Below are positions 9,838-19,545 of a stretch of 61,113 nucleotides of DNA, one piece after another. The DNA comes from Candidatus Kapaibacterium sp. (lineage in GTDB: Bacteria > Bacteroidota > Ignavibacteria > Kapaibacteriales > WFXC01): the NCBI GenBank assembly GCA_026996895.1, contig JALWJX010000037.1, positions 1 to 61,113 of the forward strand, written 5' to 3'. The notes under the pieces were generated by a model that was not told the origin of the DNA, searched no databases, and saw only the letters and a list, made by a program, of their open reading frames with translations. Position numbers and translations under genes: made by a program. Each line of letters begins with the position of its first letter. Position 1 is the first letter of the stretch.

Positions 9838-11673
9838 ATGTGTGGTATTGTGGGATACATCGGCTATCGCCCGGTTGTTCCGATTCTAATTCAGGGTCTC
9901 AAACGCCTAGAATACCGTGGATATGATTCAGCAGGTATTGCTGTACTCGATGACCGGCAACAGCTCCACGTAATCAAGCGAGCAGGAAAAGTGAACGATT
10001 TAGCCACGACCGTTGAATCCTTATCAATTCCGAGTACCATCGGCATTGGGCATACGCGATGGGCAACGCACGGTGTTCCGAATGACATCAACGCCCATCC
10101 CCATACTGATCAGGATCGGCAATTGGCTTTAGTCCATAACGGCATCATTGAAAACTACCAGGCGATTCGAACGCAGTTGCTTCGGGAAGGATACCAGCTC
10201 AAGACGGAAACCGATACGGAAGTACTGACCGTCTTCATCCGGTCTTTCTACGACAAGGTGGGTGACCTGCGGGAAGCTGTTCGTCTGGCACTGGCAGAGG
10301 TTGAAGGTACTTTTGGCATTGCAATTGTTTCCCCCTTAGAACCCGACCTACTGATTGCTGCTCGTCGGGGAAGTCCCCTGCTGATTGGCTTAGGCAACAA
10401 TGAAAATTTTGTTGCTTCAGATGCTGCGGCGGTCATTCAATATACCCGCAACGTGATCTTTCTCCAGGATAACGAGATAAGCTTCATTCAGCAGGGTGAA
10501 TATGAAATCCGCACCATTGACAACCAGCCAAGTGCTCCAGAAGTTTTCAAAATCGAATATGATCTGGAGCAAATCGAAAAAGGTGGGTACGAACACTTTA
10601 TGCTCAAAGAAATTTTTGAGCAACCCACCACCTTTCGTGACGCCTGCCGGGGACGAATCCTTCTGGAAGATGGGAATGTCCGTCTTGGAGGATTGCGTCC
10701 TGTTGCTGACAAATTACAGCGTGCACAGCGGCTGATCCTCACCGCCTGTGGTACCTCGTGGCACGCAGCACTGGTAGGCGAATATCTCATCGAAGACCTT
10801 GCCCGCATCCCGGTGGAAGTAGAATACGCTTCCGAATTTCGATATCGCAATCCGGTACTGTCCAAGGACGACATTGTTATCGCCATCTCACAGAGCGGAG
10901 AAACGGCTGATACACTGGCAGCCATTCGGGAAGCCAAACTCCGGGGTGCTACCACACTGGGCATCGTCAATGTCGTGGGTAGCACCATTGCGCGTGAGAC
11001 AGATGCCGGCGTTTATATCCACGCTGGTCCAGAAATTGGAGTCGCTTCCACCAAAGCCTTTACCTCTCAATTAGCTGTACTTTCGCTGCTGGCAATCTAC
11101 CTGGGGCGGATGCGACATCTCTCGCCAGAAGATGGGCGTACCCTGCTCCGTGAGCTGCAAGCGATCCCGGAGAAGATCCAGCAAATTCTGGAACAGGCGG
11201 ATCTGATCCAGCACGTCGCTCTTCAGTACAAAGATGCGGCAAACTTCCTCTATCTGGGACGCTCTTACAACTTCCCCGTTGCTCTGGAAGGGGCTCTGAA
11301 ACTGAAGGAAATTTCTTACATCCACGCTGAAGGATACCCTGCGGCTGAAATGAAACACGGACCGATTGCGCTGATCGACGAAAATATGCCGGTAGTGTTC
11401 ATTGCGCCTCGAGATGAGCTATATGAAAAAATCCTTTCCAATATCGAAGAAGTTCGAGCTCGGGGCGGAAAAATCATTTCAATCGCAACCGAAGGTGATC
11501 GCAAAATCGCCGACGTTTCAGATCACACCATCTACATTCCCAGAACACTTCCATATTTCACACCGGTGTTGAGTGTTATTCCGCTGCAGCTCCTGGCGTA
11601 TTACATTGCCGTTGAGCGGGGATGCAACGTGGACATGCCCCGGAATCTGGCAAAGAGTGTGACGGTGGAATAA
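9838..11673 (+). CDS. glmS: Glutamine--fructose-6-phosphate aminotransferase
   Basis: 611 aa. MCGIVGYIG Ntn-amidotransferase start, two SIS domains and the characteristic C-terminus ...PRNLAKSVTVE. Confidence 0.97.
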   Translation: MCGIVGYIGYRPVVPILIQGLKRLEYRGYDSAGIAVLDDRQQLHVIKRAGKVNDLATTVESLSIPSTIGIGHTRWATHGVPNDINAHPHTDQDRQLALVHNGIIENYQAIRTQLLREGYQLKTETDTEVLTVFIRSFYDKVGDLREAVRLALAEVEGTFGIAIVSPLEPDLLIAARRGSPLLIGLGNNENFVASDAAAVIQYTRNVIFLQDNEISFIQQGEYEIRTIDNQPSAPEVFKIEYDLEQIEKGGYEHFMLKEIFEQPTTFRDACRGRILLEDGNVRLGGLRPVADKLQRAQRLILTACGTSWHAALVGEYLIEDLARIPVEVEYASEFRYRNPVLSKDDIVIAISQSGETADTLAAIREAKLRGATTLGIVNVVGSTIARETDAGVYIHAGPEIGVASTKAFTSQLAVLSLLAIYLGRMRHLSPEDGRTLLRELQAIPEKIQQILEQADLIQHVALQYKDAANFLYLGRSYNFPVALEGALKLKEISYIHAEGYPAAEMKHGPIALIDENMPVVFIAPRDELYEKILSNIEEVRARGGKIISIATEGDRKIADVSDHTIYIPRTLPYFTPVLSVIPLQLLAYYIAVERGCNVDMPRNLAKSVTVE

Positions 11674-11678
11674 CGCCG

Positions 11679-12929
11679 ATGCAACTGATCGGGCTGGCAG
11701 GTATCGCATTGATCTTACTGGTTGCCTGGAGTTTATCAGAAAACCGGCGGGCTTTTCCTGTGCGGATTGTACTCTGGGGCTTTGCTCTCCAGTTTCTCTT
11801 TGCCTTCGCAGTTCTGAAAGTCCCCGGTATTGTGGATGGTTTCCAGTGGTTGGGCGATGCAGTGACCAGATTCTTAGGCTTTGCGCAACAAGGAGCGCAG
11901 TTTGTCTTTGGTCGCCTGGTAGACCCTGCTTATCGCGAAACTTTCGGGTTCATTTTTGCCTTCACCATTCTGCCTACGATCATTTTTTTCTCGGCGGTGA
12001 TGGCAGTGCTCTACCATTTAGGCATTATGCAAAAGATCGTTTATGCAATGGGATGGTTGATGCAGAAGACGCTCCGCACCTCGAACATCGAATCGCTGGC
12101 AGCAGCGGCGAATGTGTTTTTTGGACAGACCGAGGCGGTACTCACCGTCCGCCCATATCTTTCCGTTGCAACGCGCTCGGAGCTTTTTGCAATGATGGTT
12201 GGTGGTTTTGTGACCATCGCTGGTGGCGTGCTGGCAGGGTACATTCAGATGGGTATCCCGGCCACCGACCTGATCGCTGCCAGCATCATCTCTGCTCCCG
12301 CCGGCTTGATGATTGCCAAGATCCTGGTGCCAGCAACCGGACAGGAGCTGGATCGAGAAACAGCGATACCGGAAAACATCTATGCGCAATCGCAGAACGT
12401 GCTGGAAGCGGCAGTTAATGGCACAACAGAAGGGGTCCGCCTGGCCGTCAACATCGCTGCTATGCTGATCGTTTTCTTAGCGTTTATCGCGCTGGCAGAT
12501 GCCCTGTTCCACTTTCTCTACGTCCACGCTGCGATGCCACTGGGATGGAACGGCTTTCCGAAATCGCTTCAGGAATTCTTCGGTATACTGCTTTCCCCAA
12601 TTGCCTATATTGTCGGTGTTCCCAGCCAGGATGTCGAAATCTTCGGGGGACTGATAGGAACGAAAATCGCCCTCAACGAATTCGTTGCTTATGCCCAACT
12701 CAGCGAATACATCCAGGCTGGAACTCTCTCTGAACGGACAATTCACCTCGCAACCTTTGCGCTTTGCGGCTTTGCAAACTTCGGTAGTATCGCTATCCAG
12801 ATCGGCGGGATTGGAGGACTGGTTCCGGAGCGCAAAGCAGAGCTCGCACAAATTGGAGTGAAAGCAATGTTCGGTGGTGTTTTAGCGAATCTTCTGACCG
12901 CTGCCGTTGTCAGTCTCCTCCTCCCATAG
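11679..12929 (+). CDS. NupC/CNT-family concentrative nucleoside transporter
   Basis: Track ORF starts at 11622 inside glmS. ATG 11679 (MQLIGLAGIALILLVAW) lies 5 nt after the glmS stop. Polytopic membrane protein with CNT-like segments (FVFGRL, NEFVAYAQL, ALCGFANFGSIAIQIGG). Confidence 0.85.
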   Translation: MQLIGLAGIALILLVAWSLSENRRAFPVRIVLWGFALQFLFAFAVLKVPGIVDGFQWLGDAVTRFLGFAQQGAQFVFGRLVDPAYRETFGFIFAFTILPTIIFFSAVMAVLYHLGIMQKIVYAMGWLMQKTLRTSNIESLAAAANVFFGQTEAVLTVRPYLSVATRSELFAMMVGGFVTIAGGVLAGYIQMGIPATDLIAASIISAPAGLMIAKILVPATGQELDRETAIPENIYAQSQNVLEAAVNGTTEGVRLAVNIAAMLIVFLAFIALADALFHFLYVHAAMPLGWNGFPKSLQEFFGILLSPIAYIVGVPSQDVEIFGGLIGTKIALNEFVAYAQLSEYIQAGTLSERTIHLATFALCGFANFGSIAIQIGGIGGLVPERKAELAQIGVKAMFGGVLANLLTAAVVSLLLP

Positions 12930-12945
12930 AAGCCAGAATCCCCTT

Positions 12946-13380
12946 CTAAGCAGCAACCTCCAGAGGGATACCTCGAAACTCTGCATACCGGCGAATTTCT
13001 TCATTGAGGCTGTTGATGACCAGCCCGATCACAAAAGCATCATCAACATAACCAATCAAAGGCAGCACATCTGGCACCATATCAAAAGGGTTGATGAAAT
13101 ACACTAAGGCTGCCAGAATAAGCGCTTTCGTTGTCCATCGGAGGGAAAAATCCGGATCTTTCAGCAGGGAGTACAGGAGTTGTACCCGCTGAATCAACAC
13201 CCGCAATTTCTGGGATACCACCGCGGACCCGGACAGTAGCGACTGGATTTTCTTCTCTAATCGCTCATCAACCAATCGTTCATCGTCTGGATGAATACGA
13301 TCTGCCCGATCATACAATGACCGTTCTAATTCCTGCTGCAATTCCGATGGCAACCCATTTTGTTCTTCCGTTGCGCTCAT
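12946..13380 (-). CDS. YkvA/DUF1232-family membrane protein
   Basis: Contains FINPFDMVPDVLPLIGYVDDAFVIGLV, the DUF1232 signature. Overlaps the lgt stop by 4 nt (coupled). Confidence 0.75.
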   Translation of the reverse strand: MSATEEQNGLPSELQQELERSLYDRADRIHPDDERLVDERLEKKIQSLLSGSAVVSQKLRVLIQRVQLLYSLLKDPDFSLRWTTKALILAALVYFINPFDMVPDVLPLIGYVDDAFVIGLVINSLNEEIRRYAEFRGIPLEVAA

Positions 13381-14228
13381 CGCACTCGCTCCTTCTGTGT
13401 TTTTGATCCTCGATGTGAAGAACGGGTAGCAGCAGCCGGAATTGCTTTTGGCGACCGAAGCACGAAATACAATCCCACTGCGATGAAAGGAATGCTGAGG
13501 ATTTGCCCCATATCCAGTGGCAGCGATGCTTCAAACGGCTCCTGCACTTCTTTGACAAATTCAATCAAAAAGCGTGCTGAAAAAACCAGAACCAGAAACC
13601 ATCCAAAGAGCCTGCCCGGCTGAAGCGAACGGCGGTGTCGGCGATAATACCGCAGGAGGAACACAAAAACAGCCAGATAGGCCAGCGCTTCGTAGATCTG
13701 CGATGGATGGCGAGGGATGGAATCAACCCGTGTAAAAACAAAGGCCCACGGCAGATCGGTGGGTTTGCCGATGATCTCAGAATTGAAGAGATTGCCAATG
13801 CGGATAAAAGCCCCTCCCAGCGCCGTTGGAATCACCAAACGGTCTAACAACCACAGCATCGATATTTTCCGATACTTCCGGGTGAAGAGCCACAGTGCAA
13901 TCAAAATGCCGATAGCTCCGCCGTGGCTGGCTAATCCTCCCTTCCAGATTTCCAGAATCTCAACCGGGTGCGCAAAATAATAGTCCGGAGCGTAGAACAG
14001 CACATGTCCCAGTCGGGCGCCAACAATGGTGCCAACAACGACGTAAACCGTTAGTGCATCCAGATACGACAGCGGCACCCGCTCCTCCCGGAAAAACTTC
14101 TTCATCAAGAAATAGCCGATAAAAAAAGCAGCAGCAAACAGGAGTCCGTACCATCGAAGATGAAAAATCCCGATCTGGAGAATTTCTGGATCAACATCCC
14201 ACACAATGTACAGGAAGGAAACTGGCAA
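13377..14228 (-). CDS. lgt: Prolipoprotein diacylglyceryl transferase
   Basis: 283 aa. Motifs HLRWYGLLFAAAFFIGY, WKGGLASHGGAIG, GNLFNSEIIGKPTDLPWAF and RHPSQIYEAL. Confidence 0.92.
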   Translation of the reverse strand: MPVSFLYIVWDVDPEILQIGIFHLRWYGLLFAAAFFIGYFLMKKFFREERVPLSYLDALTVYVVVGTIVGARLGHVLFYAPDYYFAHPVEILEIWKGGLASHGGAIGILIALWLFTRKYRKISMLWLLDRLVIPTALGGAFIRIGNLFNSEIIGKPTDLPWAFVFTRVDSIPRHPSQIYEALAYLAVFVFLLRYYRRHRRSLQPGRLFGWFLVLVFSARFLIEFVKEVQEPFEASLPLDMGQILSIPFIAVGLYFVLRSPKAIPAAATRSSHRGSKTQKERVR

Positions 14229-14267
14229 GGGAGCTACTCCAACTTACGGCACATCCATTGAAAGGAA

Positions 14268-14358
<91 letters not shown>

Positions 14359-14439
14359 ACCGTCTGCTTTGCAAACTGCAAATTTACGAGAAACACCGGA
14401 AAGAACGACCACTAAACGAAGTAAATCGCTATTCAACGC

Positions 14440-14886
14440 TTAGTATTGGACGTTTTCCTTTGCTTCTTCTTTTGTCCCTTTCTTCATTTCGTGTTCGTGC
14501 TCTTCCTTTTCTCCCATCTCGTGCTCGTGTTCCTCCATATGCTCGCCTTCCATCATTTCTTTCATCATCTCCTGGTGCTGCTGCATATACTTTGCCGGAT
14601 CACTCATAAACTTCTCTCGATCTTCCACAGAGCAGAAACCATACAATTTCCCTTCGTACCGTGCGGTGTCCATTACCATATGCTTGGTTAAATCCATCCC
14701 ACAGACCGGGCATTTGTTTGAAGCCAGCTGGGAAATGTCTACCTGAATGCCTGCCTGCTGTGCTGAGTGTTCCATTGTTTGCTGCGCTGCTTTTTCCTCT
14801 TGCTGCGGCGCCTGTTGCTGCTGGTTCCCACCGCAGCCAAGGGCAAAGATGACCACGAGACTCACAAAGAATGCGGAAAACTTCAT
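14440..14886 (-). CDS. Lipoprotein with a YHS/TRASH-type metal-binding domain and a His/Glu/Met-rich tail
   Basis: Lipobox VIFALGC. YHS-like segment CPVCGMDLTKHMVMDTARYEGKLYGFCSVEDREKFMSDPAKY. Tail is MMEGEHMEEHEHEMGEKEEHEHEMKK. Confidence 0.75.
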   Translation of the reverse strand: MKFSAFFVSLVVIFALGCGGNQQQQAPQQEEKAAQQTMEHSAQQAGIQVDISQLASNKCPVCGMDLTKHMVMDTARYEGKLYGFCSVEDREKFMSDPAKYMQQHQEMMKEMMEGEHMEEHEHEMGEKEEHEHEMKKGTKEEAKENVQY

Positions 14887-14963
14887 TGGAAAGCCCTCTG
14901 GTTGTTGAACAAAATCACCCCGACAGCCCGCAAAGACGTATGCGAAAAAAGGGTTATTTTAGA

Positions 14964-16322
14964 TCACTCGCTCACAATTTCCTCCTTGTCCTGCCCCCGA
15001 CATTCGTCATCTGGACCGTACCGCTGTTGCCAGCGCTCCCGTAACCGCTTTGCCAACTCCTGCTCCATTCCCTGATCAGTTGGAATGTAAAATTGCTGCT
15101 CTCCAACATTTTCAGGGAAATAGGAAACATTGACAAAATGACCCGGAAAATCGTGCGGGTACTGATATTCGCGACCATACCCTATTTGCTGCATCAGAGT
15201 TGTTGGGGCATTACGCAGATGCAACGGCACCGGCAGATGCGGATGGGCACGCACAAACGCCTGAGCATCATTGATGGCTTTATACGCCGCATTGGATTTG
15301 GGTGCTGCTGCTAAATAGGTAGTGGCGTGCGCTAAAATAATACGCGCTTCTGGCATCCCAATAGCCTGCACCGCTTGCAGCGCAGCCGTTGCTAACAGCA
15401 GTGCCTGTGGATCAGCATTCCCAATGTCTTCACTGGCAAAGATCACCAGCCGTCGGGCGATAAACAGTGGATCTTCACCCGCTTCCAGCATCTTTGCCAA
15501 CCATAACAACGCAGCATCAGGATCTGATCCCCGGAGCGACTTGATAAAGGCAGAAATGGTATTGTAATGCTCCTCCCCGCTGCGATCATACGCCGGGAAA
15601 ACCTGCTGAACAAGCCGCTGAATAACCTGATGGGTGAGACGAATGGCGCCCTTTGTTTCCTCCCCACCGGTAGTGATAGCCAGTTCCAGCAGATTTAACG
15701 CTTTGCGCGCATCACCACCACTATATCGGTACACACTCTCCCAGTCAGGAATCTCAATTGTGTAACGCTGCAACACAGCATCGGTCCGGAGCGCCCGCTC
15801 GACAATCTGGCGGATCTGTTCAGGTGTCAACGGATGGAGTTGATAGACCACGCACCGACTGAGCAAAGCTGGAATAACGCTAAACGATGGATTTTCGGTG
15901 GTAGCGCCCACAAGGGTAATCAATCCTGTCTCAACGGCTGGCAACAATGCATCCTGCTGTGCTTTAGTAAAGCGGTGAATCTCATCCAGAAACAACAGGG
16001 TACGGCGTTGTCGTTGTTGGCGCTGCCGCGCCCGTTCCAGCACCATCCGAACATCCTTGACAGTCGCCGAAACGGCGGACAATGCCTCAAAATAATACGC
16101 CCCTTCGCTCGCCAGTAGCCGGGCAATCGTCGTCTTCCCACTGCCCGGTGGTCCCCAGAAGATCATCGATGGAAGCTGCTTCTGTTTCAGTAATCGCTGC
16201 AGAAGTTGTACTACTGCTTCCTGCCCGACCACTTCAGAAAGGGAGCGAGGGCGCATCCGCTCTGCCAGGGGCTCAGCAATGCCGGATGAAGCGTCAAACA
16301 ACGTATCCATCATCTGCGACAA
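14964..16322 (-). CDS. rarA: Replication-associated recombination protein A (MgsA/RarA AAA+ ATPase)
   Basis: Walker [16 protein letters not shown], Walker [11 protein letters not shown], and the MgsA C-terminal domain ([43 protein letters not shown]). Confidence 0.95.
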   Translation of the reverse strand: MSQMMDTLFDASSGIAEPLAERMRPRSLSEVVGQEAVVQLLQRLLKQKQLPSMIFWGPPGSGKTTIARLLASEGAYYFEALSAVSATVKDVRMVLERARQRQQRQRRTLLFLDEIHRFTKAQQDALLPAVETGLITLVGATTENPSFSVIPALLSRCVVYQLHPLTPEQIRQIVERALRTDAVLQRYTIEIPDWESVYRYSGGDARKALNLLELAITTGGEETKGAIRLTHQVIQRLVQQVFPAYDRSGEEHYNTISAFIKSLRGSDPDAALLWLAKMLEAGEDPLFIARRLVIFASEDIGNADPQALLLATAALQAVQAIGMPEARIILAHATTYLAAAPKSNAAYKAINDAQAFVRAHPHLPVPLHLRNAPTTLMQQIGYGREYQYPHDFPGHFVNVSYFPENVGEQQFYIPTDQGMEQELAKRLRERWQQRYGPDDECRGQDKEEIVSE

Positions 16323-16328
16323 AAACTA

Positions 16329-16336
16329 TAGTTTTG
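16329..16336 (+). promoter_or_regulatory. FCB-type -7 box (TAGTTTTG)
   Basis: Matches TAnnTTTG, 30 nt upstream of ATG 16366. Confidence 0.35.
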
Positions 16337-16365
16337 CAAGTTCACAAAACGCACCCGGTACAGCA

Positions 16366-16746
16366 ATGTTGTGGAAATTAGCAGAACAAAAAATCCAGGA
16401 AGCGATCCAGCAGGGAGCTTTTGAGAACCTTCCGGGATTTGGTAAGCCACTGAAAGTTGAGGACCTGTCCCATTTGCCCGCTGAACTGCGTCTGGCATAC
16501 CGTATCCTCAAAAACAGTGGCTATTTGCCGCCGGAGTTAGAACTCCGCAAGGAGCTCCTCACGATGGAAGACCTGCTCCAATGCTGTCAGAGTGAAGAAC
16601 GCCAGCAAATGCTTCGCAAGCAGCGCAATGCAAAACTCTTACAATTTGAGTTGCTGATGGAGCGTCGACGAACCGCTCCGATTCCACCGCACTATTGGAC
16701 TCGGATCGCTGAACGATTAACCCAGGACCGTCGAACGAGAAAATAG
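16366..16746 (+). CDS. DUF1992 (DnaJC28-like) protein
   Basis: Track ORF 16279 overlaps rarA. ATG 16366 gives MLWKLAEQKIQEAIQQGAFENLPGFGKPL, the DUF1992 N-terminal signature. Confidence 0.75.
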   Translation: MLWKLAEQKIQEAIQQGAFENLPGFGKPLKVEDLSHLPAELRLAYRILKNSGYLPPELELRKELLTMEDLLQCCQSEERQQMLRKQRNAKLLQFELLMERRRTAPIPPHYWTRIAERLTQDRRTRK

Positions 16747-16755
16747 CAAGCAACG

Positions 16756-17775
16756 ATGGAACAGCAACAATCGAAGTCGAGGAAGAAAATTATTTTGAGC
16801 GGTATGCAACCAACTCACCGCCTGATGATCGGAAACTATGTAGGGGCACTGCGGCAATGGGTGCAACTGCAAGAGGAATATGACTGCTTATTTGCCATCG
16901 TGGATTTGCACGCTTTAACGGTCCCGCAGGATCCGGCAAAGCTGCGTCAGCGCACGCTGGAGGTCGCCGCTCTCTACTTAGCAGCAGGCATTGATCCTGA
17001 AAAAAGCATCATTTTTGTCCAATCTCACGTTCCAGCACATACCCAACTGACGTGGGTCTTGAGTTGCTTCACCTATATGGGCGAATGCAGCCGGATGACA
17101 CAATTCAAAGAAAAGTCGGCAAAGCAGAAAAACATCAATGTTGGACTGTTCACGTATCCCATCCTGATGGCTGCTGATATTTTGCTGTATCAGGCGGACC
17201 TAGTTCCTGTTGGAGCTGATCAGAAGCAACATCTGGAGTTGACCCGCAACTTAGCCCAGCGATTCAACCATTATTATCCCAACACCTTCACCGTTCCCGA
17301 ACCCTACATTCCCCCTATCGGGGCAAAGATTATGAGTCTGCAGAACCCACAAAAAAAGATGTCAAAGTCGGACCCTGAAGAAAAAGCCACGCTATTTCTG
17401 ACAGATCCCCCCGATGTTATTCGGAGCAAGATCCGGCGTGCGGTCACAGACTCAGAACGTACCATTGCCTACGATCCCGAAAAACGCCCTGGGATCAGCA
17501 ATCTGGTTACGCTGTATCACGTTGCTACTGGCAAACCCATTGAAACCATTGTGGCAGAGTTTGAAGGCAAAGGGTACAAGGAATTCAAAGAAGCGCTGGC
17601 GGAAGCCCTCATCGAAATGCTCCGTCCGCTCCAACAACGCTTCCACGAACTGATGGCAGAGAAAACCGAACTCAAAAATATTCTGCGCAAAGGAGCAGAA
17701 GCAGCCGGACAACGGGCATACCGAACCCTGCGGAAGGTGTATAAAAAAGTTGGCCTCCTTCTGCCCGATGCTTAA
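16756..17775 (+). CDS. trpS: Tryptophan--tRNA ligase
   Basis: 339 aa class I aaRS. KMSKS loop (QKKMSKSD) and TrpRS-like GADQKQHLELTRNLAQRFN. Confidence 0.95.
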   Translation: MEQQQSKSRKKIILSGMQPTHRLMIGNYVGALRQWVQLQEEYDCLFAIVDLHALTVPQDPAKLRQRTLEVAALYLAAGIDPEKSIIFVQSHVPAHTQLTWVLSCFTYMGECSRMTQFKEKSAKQKNINVGLFTYPILMAADILLYQADLVPVGADQKQHLELTRNLAQRFNHYYPNTFTVPEPYIPPIGAKIMSLQNPQKKMSKSDPEEKATLFLTDPPDVIRSKIRRAVTDSERTIAYDPEKRPGISNLVTLYHVATGKPIETIVAEFEGKGYKEFKEALAEALIEMLRPLQQRFHELMAEKTELKNILRKGAEAAGQRAYRTLRKVYKKVGLLLPDA

Positions 17776-17950
17776 GCAACGGCTCTCTTCACGCTGTATG
17801 CAGAAAGCGCCAGATCAGGACAACGGAATCCCTGCTTTCGCCCCTATCATCGGACGTAAGTCGCTTTCGTCCGGAACACCGATCGCTGACTGACATTGGT
17901 GTACACACTGACACAAGCTGTGTCTCACCGGCACTTGCTGGAAATTTTTG

Positions 17951-17958
17951 TATATTTG
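17951..17958 (+). promoter_or_regulatory. FCB-type -7 box (TATATTTG)
   Basis: Matches TAnnTTTG, 30 nt upstream of ATG 17988. Confidence 0.35.
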
Positions 17959-17987
17959 TACACTCGTAAAACGACGGAACAGGGTCA

Positions 17988-18272
17988 ATGGCAAAACGGT
18001 ATCGGCGCACACAGGTAAAAAAGGCTCGATGGACCTTTACCTTGGGTCCGCTCAACTTCCGCTGGTTAGGAATTGGGGTTCTGCTGATGGTGTTCGGTTA
18101 TGTCCTGATGGCAACGGCAATCACGGATGACCCTCAAAAGATTCCGGAGGTATGGAACAATTTCTTAGCGGTCACCGTCGCCCCTTTTGTCCTGGTCATT
18201 GCCTACTGTGCGGTTGTTCCATACGCCTTATGGCTGCGGAAGCGTAAAGTTCGGGAAGAACAGGCATCGTAA
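17988..18272 (+). CDS. DUF3098-like small two-TM membrane protein
   Basis: 94 aa. Basic N-terminus followed by two hydrophobic helices (WLGIGVLLMVFGYVLMA; VTVAPFVLVIAYCAVVPYALW). This architecture is typical of a Bacteroidota-associated family. Confidence 0.6.
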   Translation: MAKRYRRTQVKKARWTFTLGPLNFRWLGIGVLLMVFGYVLMATAITDDPQKIPEVWNNFLAVTVAPFVLVIAYCAVVPYALWLRKRKVREEQAS

Positions 18273-18315
18273 CGCTCCAACATAGAACCATTACTGCAAT
18301 TTCCAGACAAATGGA

Positions 18316-19545
18316 ATGCCGCCCAGGGTTATTAAAATTGGTGGATCAATCCTTCAAGCCCCAGAAGATTTCCAGACCGTCTACCAATGGTTGCAGCCAT
18401 TCTCCAGCCCTCACCTTCTTATTATCTCTGCCCTCAGCTCTACCACCCGCGATTTAGAGCAGGCTGCCCGGTTAGCTGAACAATCGAATCTGACCCGCGC
18501 ACTGGAAATCCTCGATCGCATTTTCACCTTCCACACCCAGCTTACCGCAAAGCTTAACCTCAATATACACTTATCGCCCATCCACCCAACCTTTGACCAG
18601 TACTACCAGGAACTCCAGCACCTGCTGACCGGTGTTGCCATTACGCAGGAGCTTACAACTCGAACGCTCGACCGCATTCTCCACTATGGCGAACACCTTG
18701 CTACACACGTGTTTGCTGCTTTCCTCAAAACCAGAGGAGTATCGCCACAGATTGTCCCCGCCACCACTCTGATTGCAACGGATCAGCAGCACTTAGCAGC
18801 AACCGTAGATCTGGAAACCACCATCCGCAACGTACAACAGCACCTTGTCCCCATTTTGGGTCAATCCCCGGTGGTGCTCACGCAGGGATTTATCGGCAAA
18901 TCCTCGACTGGCGAGATCACCACCTTGGGATTTGAAGGCTCCAACATTACCGCCGCTGTATTAGCAACAGCGCTCAATGCGCCGACACTGTGGATTCTGA
19001 CAAAGGTAGCGGGTGTTCGCACTGCCGATCCTGATCTGGTTCCTGACACCAGAGTTGTTCCCCAGCTTTCTTACCAGGCTGCTTTTTTCCTGGCAACGCT
19101 GGGATTGAAAATTCTCCATCCCCGGATGATTCAACTGGCAGAGGCTGCACACACAACCATCGAAATATTATCACCCCTTCACCCGGAAAGAACTCGTATC
19201 AACGCTACCACTGATTCTCAGCTCCCCATTCTGCTCTGCGTTCCTTACGAACGATGGATTTACGAAGAGCAGCGAGCTTTTCGCCCCATTCGTTGCCTGC
19301 TTCCCGATGCTTCTTCCACCATTTTCAAACCGGATCCTCAACACAGCCTGGTTATCGTATGGGGACATTCGCTTCCTCAGGTACTCCCTCACCTGCCACC
19401 TTTTCGTTCATCCATCACTCACCTCTATACCACCACCCAGCCTCCCCTGACAGCAGCTTTGATCCAGCGGCAATCCCTTGCTGATTTTCTGCTCCACCTT
19501 CACAATCAACTGGTAAATGAAACTGTTCCACTAAATGCAGGATAA
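18316..19545 (+). CDS. Aspartate-kinase-family (amino acid kinase) protein with a divergent C-terminal region
   Basis: VIKIGGSIL (KxGGS), ISALSSTTRDLEQAA, and RTADPDLVPDTRVVPQLSYQAAFFLATLGLKILHPRMIQLA, which parallels the aspartokinase TADPRIV...LHP block. The C-terminal ~120 aa is not obviously ACT-like. Confidence 0.7.
   Translation: MPPRVIKIGGSILQAPEDFQTVYQWLQPFSSPHLLIISALSSTTRDLEQAARLAEQSNLTRALEILDRIFTFHTQLTAKLNLNIHLSPIHPTFDQYYQELQHLLTGVAITQELTTRTLDRILHYGEHLATHVFAAFLKTRGVSPQIVPATTLIATDQQHLAATVDLETTIRNVQQHLVPILGQSPVVLTQGFIGKSSTGEITTLGFEGSNITAAVLATALNAPTLWILTKVAGVRTADPDLVPDTRVVPQLSYQAAFFLATLGLKILHPRMIQLAEAAHTTIEILSPLHPERTRINATTDSQLPILLCVPYERWIYEEQRAFRPIRCLLPDASSTIFKPDPQHSLVIVWGHSLPQVLPHLPPFRSSITHLYTTTQPPLTAALIQRQSLADFLLHLHNQLVNETVPLNAG

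Noticed and set aside
10488-10988. Long antisense or alternative-frame ORFs inside confident genes (e.g. 10488..10988, 7289..7771, 11846..12418, 34198..34770, 42788..43300, 46342..46830, 50952..51464)
   Set aside because: All lie wholly within strongly supported genes on the other strand or frame. Their products are Arg/Ser/Pro/Cys-rich and low-complexity, typical of shadow ORFs.
11622-11678. Upstream start for the nucleoside transporter overlapping glmS by 52 nt
   Set aside because: The extension (MQRGHAPESGKECDGGITP) is hydrophilic and lies inside glmS. ATG 11679 begins the first TM helix 5 nt after the glmS stop.
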